This document shows positions 35,969 to 45,568 of a stretch of 64,000 nt of DNA, in pieces. The notes beneath the pieces are model-generated. The model was not told the DNA's origin. It did not search any database and saw nothing but the letters and a program-made list of their open reading frames with translations. Source of the stretch: a virus (taxonomy: Duplodnaviria > Caudoviricetes); IMG/VR virus record IMGVR_UViG_3300033066_001528, positions 59,913-123,912 of that record; one strand, given 5' to 3'. The position numbers and the translations under genes were made by a program. Within the stretch, counting starts at the first letter, position 1, and the number at the start of each line of letters is the position of its first letter.

Positions 35969-36589
35969 TTAGAACGAAATGGGTGGGGACTGGGTTTTCA
36001 CTGGTTTCACAACGAAGTAGGTTCTTCGTTGTATTGGGGCGGTTGTTAGTGTTATAGCCCCAGGGGCTATAACACTAAAGTCATACCCCCCAAGCAAAAC
36101 AGCGGTATCATTACTAGCTTTGATAGGTAAAATAGGGCTCATCAAAGAGCTAGTTATATAAACAGTGTCGGTTACTGCCACAGCCCGAACCCCATCCATA
36201 GTATCAATAGCTGCGGCAAGGCTAGAGGCCACATCGTTCACCGTTCCGGCACCCGATCCAAGACCGGCTCCAAATTCTTCGGAAGCTAGAAAATACTGTT
36301 CACCTACTTGAACTTCTTCCTTGGGATAAAAGGGACCGGGAGGGGCAACAGATGGATCCCAATAATCGGGTCGAAGAACTTGAATAGCTACGGTGTAGGA
36401 GCCAGCACTTGGCACAGGAATGGTGTTAGTGGGTCCGGCAACTCTTAGATGACCATTTGTAGTATTAGCCAATTGCTGTAATTCAACACCATATCGGGTT
36501 ATAGTAGGGTTGACTCCCCTACTAGGATCCCCAGGGTTAGACATATTAGCAACCAGGATCTTAAACTTGGGCGGGGCACAAACTGGCAT
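35969..36589 (-). CDS. Putative virion structural protein
   Basis: Ala/Gly/Pro/Thr-rich; VASSLAAAID...AVAVTDTVYIT resembles sheath-insert or spike-type domains. Confidence 0.55.
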   Translation of the reverse strand: MPVCAPPKFKILVANMSNPGDPSRGVNPTITRYGVELQQLANTTNGHLRVAGPTNTIPVPSAGSYTVAIQVLRPDYWDPSVAPPGPFYPKEEVQVGEQYFLASEEFGAGLGSGAGTVNDVASSLAAAIDTMDGVRAVAVTDTVYITSSLMSPILPIKASNDTAVLLGGYDFSVIAPGAITLTTAPIQRRTYFVVKPVKTQSPPISF

Positions 36590-36591
36590 GG

Positions 36592-38964
36592 TCAGACTCC
36601 CATATCCTGGTTGTCACCAAAAAGGATATCACTCAACACCCTAGTCTCAGGGAATTGTTCGATGGAATCCAAAACATCGTTCTGAAGTCCGTATTCAGAG
36701 CCGTAGGTGGTTGGTGCGAACAGAGAGGCCGTAGAATCTTCCTCTCCATTTGCAAGCTTGATGGTCTCCTTTTGGTAAGACACGGGATCCGAAGTTGGGG
36801 CCGAAGATACAAGAGGTTTGTTATACTTCTGGCAATTCCCATCCACGTTAAACACACAAGACCCGCACCTTGGCATTTGCAATACCGAAGGGATGGCATT
36901 TGCCCTATGGACAAGAGCTCCCTTCTCACATCCCGTCGTACCCGTGGAGGAAGCATAGGCACTAGCATCCACGTATAAGTGACCCGAAAGTCCCTCGTGC
37001 TTTCTGCGAAGTTGAACCAACTGCGGTTCGGCTGTTTTCACAAGCTCTTTTGAGAAACGAGCATTGATAAAGTCATCAAAGGGCTTGCCCGCTGCTCCTT
37101 CGGTCATCTTCACCGAAGCCCATCGAAGAAGCGCGCGAACTTCCAAGGGGTTCTCCCCTTCCTTTGAAACGGATTGCGGGACATGCTGGGTATAAGCCAC
37201 GTCCTGATACTGAGCTGTCTTGCTAGCCTTTATCTCCTCTTTTGGAGGAGACATTATCCTGGCCTCGGCCAAACGCATCATCTCTTTTGGTGACAAGGAG
37301 GATCCAAGGATTCTATTTGCGTCCTTCTCGGAAAGAGATCCAGACTTGACCATTTTATGGATAGATGCCGTCACCCTATCTTTGAGCGACTTAGCGGCAC
37401 GAAGCTCCTGAGTTTCCTTAGCTTGAGCGTCTGGAAGAGCAACCTTGACATTTGGAGTGTAGATGACACCCTGATATGGAGCTCGGTCTACAACGGGTAG
37501 GTCTACCTTACGGGTTGGGTCCTGGGCCCTCACAGCCGCAACCCGCAACATTTCTCTTGGTGATAGGCCGGAAGATGCTATCTTCTCTCTTTCCTCTTGA
37601 GTCAACAAACCGCGGGATACGTAGTGATCCAGGCCACTAAGAACTTTAGCCCGTAGGGACCTAAGAGCATCCTTGGTACCTTTAGCACCCCACTCTGCTC
37701 CCTTTGCGGAAACCGTCCTGTGGGTGTCGGCACCAAACCCAGACCCCACATAAACGGGAGTTTTCCCGGAAGCAATGATTTTCTGAGCTGCCGACTTCAC
37801 CATTTCTTCGGCACTAAGATTTGATTTAAGGATGCGTACCCCATCATCCTTAGTGAGTAGCCCGGAAGAAACCCAACGAGTTATCTGAGCTTGAGCCAAC
37901 TTAGGTCTTTGATCGACCCTCGAAACCACCTCCCTCTTAGGGAACGGAGTCTCAAGAAGAATTCGTTTGGCCTCATCCAGGCTGACCGAAGCTGTCTTTG
38001 GTACAGAAATAGGTAAGCGCCCGGTAGGAACGACTGCCAATTCCTGCTTGGACCTAAGGGCAGAGATCAAAGCCTCCTTGTCCGTCCCCCCTGATGCAAC
38101 CCTACCCGTAGCCTGAAATAAAGGTTGGAAATGTGCCAGAGCATCTGACCACGGAATCTCCGTAACCACTTTCTTACCAAGGTAGTTATCGTAAGCGGCT
38201 AGCTTAGATCCGGGAGAGGTAAGCCAATAAGGAACAGAGGCACAATGCCTCTTAATCTCCTGATGCCATTTTCCGCTTAACAGACCTGGAAAGGCCCCAT
38301 CCCGTAAATACACCTGACCATGAACACCATGTTCTTGTCGAATCATACGAACGGCGGATGCAAGCCGTTGCAAAGAAGGGCTGTTGGGGAACCCCTGAAT
38401 TTTGTCCCCTAATGCCCCTGCCACGGACGCAATAATCTCGTCCATACTCTGACCAAATGCAGACCGTCTCATAGCGGATGCCACAATTGATCTTAACTGA
38501 TCCCCCGGGAGAGCCGAGGTAGGTGAAGGTGTGGGTGGGGGTGGGCGAACATGAGGTGCCATCTTTCGCCCATCGGTGCGACGGTGAACCCCCCATGCCT
38601 CAACCAACCCATTCAATACTGCATCATTGGGAGACTTGGGTAACCGATCGGGATCCTGTTCTGCCTCTTCGAGCCAGGACAAATCCGTAAGCATTGGAGT
38701 CCCTGGGTGACTCAGACCACCAAGGTCACCCAAACCACCCTCATCTCCAACCTCGGCTAGATTCTCTGGAAGCGAAGCCGACTTCCCCGTCAATAAACCA
38801 TCGGGCAAAGCGGAAAGATGACCCTGACTTGTAGGAAGTGAGGGATCCTTACGAGCTACATTAGGGCCTTCTCCATACTCGGAATCAAAATCGAACCCAT
38901 CCAAAAGAAGACCACTTGCGTAAGTTGGTACGTATTCCCCGTCGGGTGTAGAACTAGCCATCAT
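36592..38964 (-). CDS. Large protein with three internal helical repeats and a Cys-rich C-terminal domain
   Basis: Three copies of xSGLLTxxxxxxIxxSxLSxxEM; CGSCVFN...CQKY. Confidence 0.75.
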   Translation of the reverse strand: MMASSTPDGEYVPTYASGLLLDGFDFDSEYGEGPNVARKDPSLPTSQGHLSALPDGLLTGKSASLPENLAEVGDEGGLGDLGGLSHPGTPMLTDLSWLEEAEQDPDRLPKSPNDAVLNGLVEAWGVHRRTDGRKMAPHVRPPPPTPSPTSALPGDQLRSIVASAMRRSAFGQSMDEIIASVAGALGDKIQGFPNSPSLQRLASAVRMIRQEHGVHGQVYLRDGAFPGLLSGKWHQEIKRHCASVPYWLTSPGSKLAAYDNYLGKKVVTEIPWSDALAHFQPLFQATGRVASGGTDKEALISALRSKQELAVVPTGRLPISVPKTASVSLDEAKRILLETPFPKREVVSRVDQRPKLAQAQITRWVSSGLLTKDDGVRILKSNLSAEEMVKSAAQKIIASGKTPVYVGSGFGADTHRTVSAKGAEWGAKGTKDALRSLRAKVLSGLDHYVSRGLLTQEEREKIASSGLSPREMLRVAAVRAQDPTRKVDLPVVDRAPYQGVIYTPNVKVALPDAQAKETQELRAAKSLKDRVTASIHKMVKSGSLSEKDANRILGSSLSPKEMMRLAEARIMSPPKEEIKASKTAQYQDVAYTQHVPQSVSKEGENPLEVRALLRWASVKMTEGAAGKPFDDFINARFSKELVKTAEPQLVQLRRKHEGLSGHLYVDASAYASSTGTTGCEKGALVHRANAIPSVLQMPRCGSCVFNVDGNCQKYNKPLVSSAPTSDPVSYQKETIKLANGEEDSTASLFAPTTYGSEYGLQNDVLDSIEQFPETRVLSDILFGDNQDMGV

Positions 38965-39539
38965 TCCTCCTCGGCATGAGAAGGATTATCGGAGTCCATC
39001 TCCTCTTCCTGATCCTCAGCCCAACCCTCCGGGTCATTTTTAATCTCCAAAGCGTCTTCTACAATCTCTTCAACCTCTCGACGATCGTCAGGATCCTCCT
39101 GGCGGGATACGGCCGCCCAATGGGGAGCTCGGATCTCATCATAAAGAGTATCAGAAAGAGAGCTCAAAGCCTCCACTACATTCATGTAGGCTCTCCTCAT
39201 TTCCGTAATTTTCTGAATGTACCCTTTGCCACCCAGAGAGCCATCGGGGGAGACATCGGCTGATTTGATCTTAGTAAAAATCTGGTAGGCCCCTACGGCA
39301 TGACCCATTGCGGCGTTTGTTGCCCTGAGAACTCGGGCTAAAGGTTTTGTATTTTTAGGGTCGAAAGCAAAGTCAGGTGTTATTTTCCGCTCTCTTGGAC
39401 CAGAGTCATTCCAAGCCCATCCGGTCGCGTCATTAGTCTTATCCTTAATGAAACGAACCTCTCCCGCTATCCGTACCTTAGAGGTAGGGATACCAAGATA
39501 TCTACAAGCTACTCTAGTGGGGTTAGGCTTCACGATCAC
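38961..39539 (-). CDS. Hypothetical virion-associated protein with an RVACRYL N-terminus
   Basis: 192 aa with an acidic tail; overlaps both neighbours. Confidence 0.7.
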   Translation of the reverse strand: MIVKPNPTRVACRYLGIPTSKVRIAGEVRFIKDKTNDATGWAWNDSGPRERKITPDFAFDPKNTKPLARVLRATNAAMGHAVGAYQIFTKIKSADVSPDGSLGGKGYIQKITEMRRAYMNVVEALSSLSDTLYDEIRAPHWAAVSRQEDPDDRREVEEIVEDALEIKNDPEGWAEDQEEEMDSDNPSHAEEE

Positions 39540-40060
39540 ACTTTCAAAGGGCTGCCGTTATCGTCGAAAAGACGCTCAATAGCATACTCATCTCCATTTT
39601 TCTTCAGAGTCCACAAATCCTTGGTTGCCTTATGAACCAAGTCAGATCCTGTGGATGCCGTTCGGAGAAAATCATCCAAGTCATTTGAAGCTGAGACAAC
39701 TCGGCGATAATCCCCGGCGGAAATTCTCCCCCTTGACGAAGCTGGGAGAAGGTCCCTTGGGTAGTAGCTTCCGAAGTCCCCGCTATCCCATTTCACGAAT
39801 ACCTGTCCATCATGATGGGTTGTAGTCCCCATGGCCGTCCGAACTGTAACAATCGTTCCAAGCGACCCGCCTTTAGGTGGATTTGGGTAGGTCAAAAGAG
39901 AGCTAACGGAATCCTTGAAAGCAACCCTAGATCCCGATTTAGATTCAATAGAGACGGATGGTACGGGGGAGACCAAATCACGCACTGCTGTTTTGGGGTT
40001 TGGCCTGGGACTTAGATACTCGTCCAAGGATCCAGAGCGCCACTGAATATCATTGCTCAT
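39536..40060 (-). CDS. Hypothetical protein with an SH3-like region
   Basis: GTIVTV...VFVKWDSG; LVHKATKDLW...IERLFD. Confidence 0.7.
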   Translation of the reverse strand: MSNDIQWRSGSLDEYLSPRPNPKTAVRDLVSPVPSVSIESKSGSRVAFKDSVSSLLTYPNPPKGGSLGTIVTVRTAMGTTTHHDGQVFVKWDSGDFGSYYPRDLLPASSRGRISAGDYRRVVSASNDLDDFLRTASTGSDLVHKATKDLWTLKKNGDEYAIERLFDDNGSPLKV

Positions 40061-40076
40061 GCCATGTGGTTAAATA

Positions 40077-41255
40077 TCAACTCTGAACCGACCAAAGAAC
40101 AGAAGCAGAAGTAGGGGTGGAGAATCTAATAGTGAAACCGGAACCTGTTTTGGAATCAACCCATGGGGTTGCCGATATCCCGGAGTCTAAACTAACCATG
40201 TAGCTCCCTGATGGTCTAGGGACAGGAAAGGTCACATCCACGTGATCAACCGACACAAAAGTAGCTAAACCACGGGTGGTGGTTTCCACCAAAGTACCCG
40301 TCCCGGAAATGGAACCCCTCACTGTATAGGTAAAAGTTGCGGCCGTTGTACCACCCAAGACAACTAACCCCAACGTTGAATTCGCAACTGTAAGAGTTCT
40401 GTTTCCGTTGACCGTAAGAGATCCAACAGCACACCCGTCCACCAAGACACTGGTACCGCCTTGGAGAGACACAAGAGTCGCCCCCATGGTTGTATAAGAG
40501 AAGGAGTAGGAAGTCGCCGAAGTGGAGGGTAAGACCCCTGCTGAACTATAATCAATCTGCACCAGGGGGTGCGTACCTTCGGTCACCCTAAGAGAAGCAC
40601 ATTGATTACACCGAAGCGTTGCGGTAGGGGATGCCCCATCCGAGCGACACCCAGAAAGAATAATAGAATTTACAGTGTCGGCATAAACGGTATAGGATCC
40701 AGTACCAGAGGGGGCTAGAATACACCCCTCCAAGGTGATCCCCAAAGAACCAACCGTAGACCCAGAGCCACCCGTGATTGCAACACAGGATCGTCCATCA
40801 TTTGGTTGCAGTATGGTCAACCCACGGATATTGCACCGCAAAGGAGTGGTTGAAACGGATGCCCTAATAAGGACGGTATCCGTTGCGGAGGAGGGCTGTA
40901 AAACAGCCCTCCCCACAGTTCTAATGGACACCCCATCCTTCTCGATAGTCAGGTTCTCGGTATAAACCCCAGGAAATACCAGAATGACGTGAGGGTTAGT
41001 CGAACTAGAAGACGAGGGGACAGCATTGAGGGCAGACTGAATAGTTGTGTACTTTGCTCCGGATCCAGACTTACCCACTATAAGAACCCCCGAAACCGTC
41101 CCGAGGTTAGCTAAATCGGATAGGGATATTCCACTTTGGATCACATTGTCCGTGAAAAGCAAGGACCCACTTACTGGGTCCCTCTTAATTTCCAAAATTT
41201 GACCCGAGGATGGCTCAATCTGAAAAACGTCAGCTTTGAAAGATGGTTGAGTCAC
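40077..41255 (-). CDS. Putative fibre/spike protein with a parallel beta-helix (pectin-lyase-like) domain
   Basis: GSGAKYTTIQSALNA...ILVFPGVYTENLTI followed by Ser/Thr/Gly-rich beta repeats. Confidence 0.7.
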   Translation of the reverse strand: MTQPSFKADVFQIEPSSGQILEIKRDPVSGSLLFTDNVIQSGISLSDLANLGTVSGVLIVGKSGSGAKYTTIQSALNAVPSSSSSTNPHVILVFPGVYTENLTIEKDGVSIRTVGRAVLQPSSATDTVLIRASVSTTPLRCNIRGLTILQPNDGRSCVAITGGSGSTVGSLGITLEGCILAPSGTGSYTVYADTVNSIILSGCRSDGASPTATLRCNQCASLRVTEGTHPLVQIDYSSAGVLPSTSATSYSFSYTTMGATLVSLQGGTSVLVDGCAVGSLTVNGNRTLTVANSTLGLVVLGGTTAATFTYTVRGSISGTGTLVETTTRGLATFVSVDHVDVTFPVPRPSGSYMVSLDSGISATPWVDSKTGSGFTIRFSTPTSASVLWSVQS

Positions 41256-41268
41256 TTATCGCTCCGGT

Positions 41269-41697
41269 TTACACAAACACATCGTAGCCTATCGTTCCGG
41301 TATAGGTGATCCCGGTCTGAACGGTAAACCCCGTTGTCAATTTGTTAATGACACGAATGGGAAGAAAGTCTTGCGGACTGAAAACAACCCGATAATTAGT
41401 ACCGGCGAACGGAGTAGCAAATGTAACTGTTTTGCTGGTTTCACCAGCAAAAACAAGCTGACCGTTGACTGCACTTGTTTGAGCCACAAAATTCTCCACT
41501 TGCTCTAAAGCCGATTGGATATCATCCATCACCAACTGGGGCACCTGGGTATTAGAATCAACGATTCTACCATTTGGGCTTTGAATATTCTTAACGGCTA
41601 GGTTGCCCGATTGGTCCAAGGAAATCGTGAAATAATAATAGGCTCCGGGCACCCCAGAGCGATACGTGAAGTCAAACTGGGTACGGGAAAAAGCCAT
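41269..41697 (-). CDS. Putative structural protein sharing a C-terminal beta domain with 40077..41255
   Basis: TVTFATPFAGTNYRV...KLTTGFTV vs DVTFPVPRPSGSYMV...KTGSGFTI. Confidence 0.65.
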   Translation of the reverse strand: MAFSRTQFDFTYRSGVPGAYYYFTISLDQSGNLAVKNIQSPNGRIVDSNTQVPQLVMDDIQSALEQVENFVAQTSAVNGQLVFAGETSKTVTFATPFAGTNYRVVFSPQDFLPIRVINKLTTGFTVQTGITYTGTIGYDVFV

Positions 41698-41703
41698 GGA
41701 ACG

Positions 41704-42045
41704 TCACCAAATGAACGTGGTTTCAAGGCCCCGAGCATCCGCCCATTTAGCCAGACGAGACATTGCGGCATGGTCCGAAGACCACACTTCTACCCCATCC
41801 TCAAACTCCCTCACCCCAAGATCGGGAATAGAAGGAACGTTTCCCCCAACCCCTGAAACCCTAATCTTACCATCCCGCCAGGATCGGAGAACCGAGGCAA
41901 AACGCTTTGCCCCCCCAAGAGCACCAAGACCGTAAATGGAGAACCGATACTCCACATGACCCGCCTTCTGCAACCATCGAAGGGCAACGTCACGGGCCAT
42001 CACTATTCTTTCTCTCATCGGTTCAGTCACATCAATTCCCTCCAA
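41704..42045 (-). CDS. Hypothetical protein
   Basis: 113-aa ORF, start uncertain; contains ARDVALRWLQKA. Confidence 0.6.
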   Translation of the reverse strand: MEGIDVTEPMRERIVMARDVALRWLQKAGHVEYRFSIYGLGALGGAKRFASVLRSWRDGKIRVSGVGGNVPSIPDLGVREFEDGVEVWSSDHAAMSRLAKWADARGLETTFIW

Positions 42046-42063
42046 TAAGACATATATCGCAAT

Positions 42064-42642
42064 TCAGGAATCCAAAAAGAAATCAGTCCTAGCACTTGGA
42101 ATTGGACGCTTCACCTCGCGAAGAATGTTCAAGTTCCTGGAAACCAGGGTAAAAACTTCGGAGTAAAAATGCATGGTGTCGTCTTTAGACATCGCTGAGA
42201 TTGTGCGTAGGAACCGATGACGAACGAGACCCTGACTAACGTTCAACCGTTTTGCTGTCTCGGATTGGCATGTGGTTTCATACATATAGACCATGATATC
42301 AACGTCCATTGGATCCTTAAGGAAGGAAGCCATATCCGACCTCAATTGAGAAAGGTCCACGGTAGGAACCTCCAGCAAATACTTGATCCGTTGGATAGCT
42401 CGCTGAAGCCGATAACAAACGGTGGGTTGACTAACCCCAAAGATACCAGCAATGTCCGTTTGTTTGACATGGCGAAAAAAGTAAAGGTCTATGAAATCCG
42501 CCTCAACAGGGGGGAGGCACTCCAAAATGGACCGAACACGGTCTAAGATCCTCAAGTCATTTTCATCCGGGTCGGTGAAAATCGACCCGAAAGCGGCAAT
42601 GCCATCCTCTTCCGTAAGTCTAGCTAACCAATCTTCAGTCAC
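42064..42642 (-). CDS. Sigma-70 region-4-like tandem HTH protein (putative phage sigma factor or regulator)
   Basis: LPPVEADFIDLYF...KQTDIAGIFGVSQPTVCYRLQRA and CQSETAKRLNVSQGLVRHRF. Confidence 0.7.
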   Translation of the reverse strand: MTEDWLARLTEEDGIAAFGSIFTDPDENDLRILDRVRSILECLPPVEADFIDLYFFRHVKQTDIAGIFGVSQPTVCYRLQRAIQRIKYLLEVPTVDLSQLRSDMASFLKDPMDVDIMVYMYETTCQSETAKRLNVSQGLVRHRFLRTISAMSKDDTMHFYSEVFTLVSRNLNILREVKRPIPSARTDFFLDS

Positions 42643-43261
42643 GGAAACTATTCCTTTCTAACAGATCGTCAAAGCTGTCAAATTTAGAGGGTCCAAAGTC
42701 AGGCAAAGGATCCTTGGGACAAACCTCCGTCAGATCAGAGCTTAAATGCTCTTTTTTCACGAGGTGAATAACATTCAGCGAACGAAGATGGAATTGAACG
42801 GCTACAGTTTCCGGAAATACATCCACAACGGTTCCTTCCAACCCAGTATAAAACCCGGCTAAGACGCGAACCGCCATACCTATCTCGACATCGGCATTAG
42901 CAAGCAGTCTAAGCTGCTTGCGCATAGTTTCTATACGGTCTCCGGGAATTGTATGGAGGACTCTCATCCCATGGGGACCCTTCGCGGACAAAACCTGCTG
43001 CACAATGGGCCCCCCCTCTAATCGGAAGTACCTTGTCTCGGGTAACCCGGAACCTACGAAAGCGTATCCCTCCATGAGAATAGAAAGGGACTTTCCGTGG
43101 TTTCCTCCAATAACGTAGGGGATAAATATAGGGAAGTCTTCCTGGGCCCCAAGGTCCTTCAGAAGATGTTGTGCTAAACTGCCATCCTGAGCCTTTTTCT
43201 CACCCGTTCGGGTCAGCTCCAGGGTCACCCATGTTTGTTCGTCGCGTTTGTCCATGGTCAT
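42635..43261 (-). CDS. NusG-like transcription factor (NGN and KOW domains)
   Basis: IFIPY...LMEGYAFV; KOW motif IGMAVRVLAGFYTGLEGTVVDV. Confidence 0.8.
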   Translation of the reverse strand: MTMDKRDEQTWVTLELTRTGEKKAQDGSLAQHLLKDLGAQEDFPIFIPYVIGGNHGKSLSILMEGYAFVGSGLPETRYFRLEGGPIVQQVLSAKGPHGMRVLHTIPGDRIETMRKQLRLLANADVEIGMAVRVLAGFYTGLEGTVVDVFPETVAVQFHLRSLNVIHLVKKEHLSSDLTEVCPKDPLPDFGPSKFDSFDDLLERNSFRD

Positions 43262-44537
43262 CCATTTCGTCTACGCGCATTTTCACGAGACGAAGAAACT
43301 CTTTTGAAGTAAGGTCACGGGGAAGCACGGGTGACTGCTTTGGGGCCACCTCATTTCTATTATTGACAGCTCTTGGGTGTACGTGAACACCGTCAACAAT
43401 CTGAGGCTTCTCCTCGACCTTACCAAGGGTTTCAGATTTTTTCGGGATGGATACAACAGGAACCGAAAAATTCTGCAATGGGCCATGCTGTAATCTTGCC
43501 AAGTCACACAGGAGCATTGCTCCCGTTGGTCTGCCCGGTCTGCTGGAAAATCTCTCGGCGTAGGTCAAAAGATCGGATCCGAGAGCCGCACCCACCTTTT
43601 TGACGATGGACCCATCAAGATAGGTGGGTGCCGTTGTGGCACCCAGGGACACCCGATAAGATAGCATAGCCATATCTGCTAACTTTTCATACAGGGTCAA
43701 AGGAGACATAGTCCCTAAAATGTCACTGGCCAGTTTAAGTGCCTTGGGGGGATCCGAACGAATGCTTGTAAGAATATCGAGAACAACTCTAGACCTGTCC
43801 AAATGGAGATACTTGGAGACGTTGTCCATATTCACGTCTCCCAGCATTGACACCCCCTCCACCGCTTTAAGAGCGTCCCGAATATGGCACTCCGTAAGCT
43901 CCGCAATAAGGACAAGAGCATCTAGACTAGCCGTGATTCCCTCCGACTGGCAAATCATCATAAGCCGCTCTGCAATTGCCTTTGGGGGAACAGGTTGGAT
44001 AACAAAAGCCGGAGCACATCGGCTTAAGATTGTTGCCCGCATCTTTTCCGGCTCGGTGGTACAGAAAAGGCACACAAGAACTTTGTCTTGACCCCCGGGA
44101 ACACATTCTTCCAGGGGCTTCAATAAAGCATCCAAGGCATCAGTGGACAGCCTGTGGCACTCGTCGAAGAGACGAATCCTCCTCTTCCCGCTGAATGTTG
44201 AGTACTGAGTGTCCTCAACGATCCTTTTCACATTATCTTTGCCGCTGTTGGTGGCAGCGTCGATTTCAAAAAAATCTTCTGAAGACCCATTCTCTAGGAT
44301 GGACTTACAAGAGTTACATTTGTCACACGGGTTACCACCAACCGGATTGGAGCATAACAGCGCTCTTGCTAGAATCCGTGCTAGGGTTGTTTTGCCAGAT
44401 CCAAAAGGTCCGGAGAAAAGGTATGACTGGTGGAAACCGGCCCCGGAGCTAACGTATTGGCGGAGGATACGGATTGTGCCCTCCTGACCCAAAACATCAT
44501 TAAATTTGGTTGGCCTGTAGAGTGTATCGAGTCCCAT
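43200..44537 (-). CDS. dnaX: DNA polymerase III gamma/tau clamp-loader subunit
   Basis: YRPTKFNDVLGQ, GPFGSGKTT, C-x8-CxxC-x2-C Zn module, EIDAA, DECH, SRC. Confidence 0.92.
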   Translation of the reverse strand: MGLDTLYRPTKFNDVLGQEGTIRILRQYVSSGAGFHQSYLFSGPFGSGKTTLARILARALLCSNPVGGNPCDKCNSCKSILENGSSEDFFEIDAATNSGKDNVKRIVEDTQYSTFSGKRRIRLFDECHRLSTDALDALLKPLEECVPGGQDKVLVCLFCTTEPEKMRATILSRCAPAFVIQPVPPKAIAERLMMICQSEGITASLDALVLIAELTECHIRDALKAVEGVSMLGDVNMDNVSKYLHLDRSRVVLDILTSIRSDPPKALKLASDILGTMSPLTLYEKLADMAMLSYRVSLGATTAPTYLDGSIVKKVGAALGSDLLTYAERFSSRPGRPTGAMLLCDLARLQHGPLQNFSVPVVSIPKKSETLGKVEEKPQIVDGVHVHPRAVNNRNEVAPKQSPVLPRDLTSKEFLRLVKMRVDEMDDHGQTRRTNMGDPGADPNG

Positions 44538-44566
44538 GGGATAAGGATTACCCCATGGTGAGGTGT

Positions 44567-44854
44567 CTAAGAGGCAATCGGGATGTCTGTCTTTTGAGAT
44601 GAATCAGAAATAAAACGAAACCGAAGGACTCTAGAAGACCCATCTTGGGTCAATACAAGAGCATGGAAATCACTATAAAGTCTTGAAAACCAAACACCGG
44701 CATCAACAGACTGATACCTAACCCTCCAACGAAGAGTGTCGGAATCAAGCTCCAGAGAATTTTCGGGAACAAAATATTGACCCCCCTTGAAATGCTCATA
44801 AACCCCGGGCTTAGGAGCCAGCGGTGGATTCATAAGTAGGTGGTGCAAATTCAT
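44567..44854 (-). CDS. DUF1653-family protein
   Basis: PGVYEHFKGGQY...VRYQS...WFSR...F...RFRF. Confidence 0.7.
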   Translation of the reverse strand: MNLHHLLMNPPLAPKPGVYEHFKGGQYFVPENSLELDSDTLRWRVRYQSVDAGVWFSRLYSDFHALVLTQDGSSRVLRFRFISDSSQKTDIPIAS

Positions 44855-45351
44855 TCTGCCCCGTCAGCCGCAGTAGCGGACGATACATCGTCCCCCAAAA
44901 TACGAGCCTCTACGTCAATAGAGGGGCCCTCCTCTTCCTGGCGGCGTGGGCGCCAATCACCGTGGCGCTTGAGCTCGTCGTAGAAAAAGAACACATCGGG
45001 TTTGGTGATTGAGCACTTGACTTCACCCGTACCCTCCTCTTCCTCCACCTTACAGGAGCAAAGAAGGTGATCCATTAGAGCCTCTCGCTGGTCATTTGAT
45101 AGGGTTTGCCATTCATCCGCTGCAATCTCAAGCACAAACTCGTAGTCACCATCGGTGAGAACGGACAGAATAGGGGGTGCTTTCCTGGCCGTGCCAAGAA
45201 CTGGGAAACCACCCGATTTAGCAGCTTTCGCCCTCATCACAACAGCAATCTGCTTGTCGACCAAAGCAAGTGAAGGATGCCACTTTGCAATGCAATTCTG
45301 CATAAGGAGAATGGTGTCTTGATCGGCTTTCCAGGAATCGTTGTTCTTCAT
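44851..45351 (-). CDS. Putative phage metallopeptidase-like protein with a degenerate HExxH
   Basis: FVLEIAADEWQTLSNDQREALMDHLLCSC...KPDV..F.DELKRHGDW; start refined to MKNND. Confidence 0.65.
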   Translation of the reverse strand: MKNNDSWKADQDTILLMQNCIAKWHPSLALVDKQIAVVMRAKAAKSGGFPVLGTARKAPPILSVLTDGDYEFVLEIAADEWQTLSNDQREALMDHLLCSCKVEEEEGTGEVKCSITKPDVFFFYDELKRHGDWRPRRQEEEGPSIDVEARILGDDVSSATAADGAE

Positions 45352-45568
45352 GTTCGTCCTATGGGGTTGGTCTTGAGTAAGACCAGGGTTCAAGCTATTG
45401 TTACCCCAACCGTTGAAAGACCTATGATTCCACAAAGTCCGCTTAGACAAAACAGGAATGAAGCCAAAAAGCAACTCAAAGAATCCATGGAAAGATTGAG
45501 GGAAAAAGGAGTGGACGTAGACGCACTCCTCCCTATCGCTACGAAACTACTGTGGGAATGGAGAGAGT

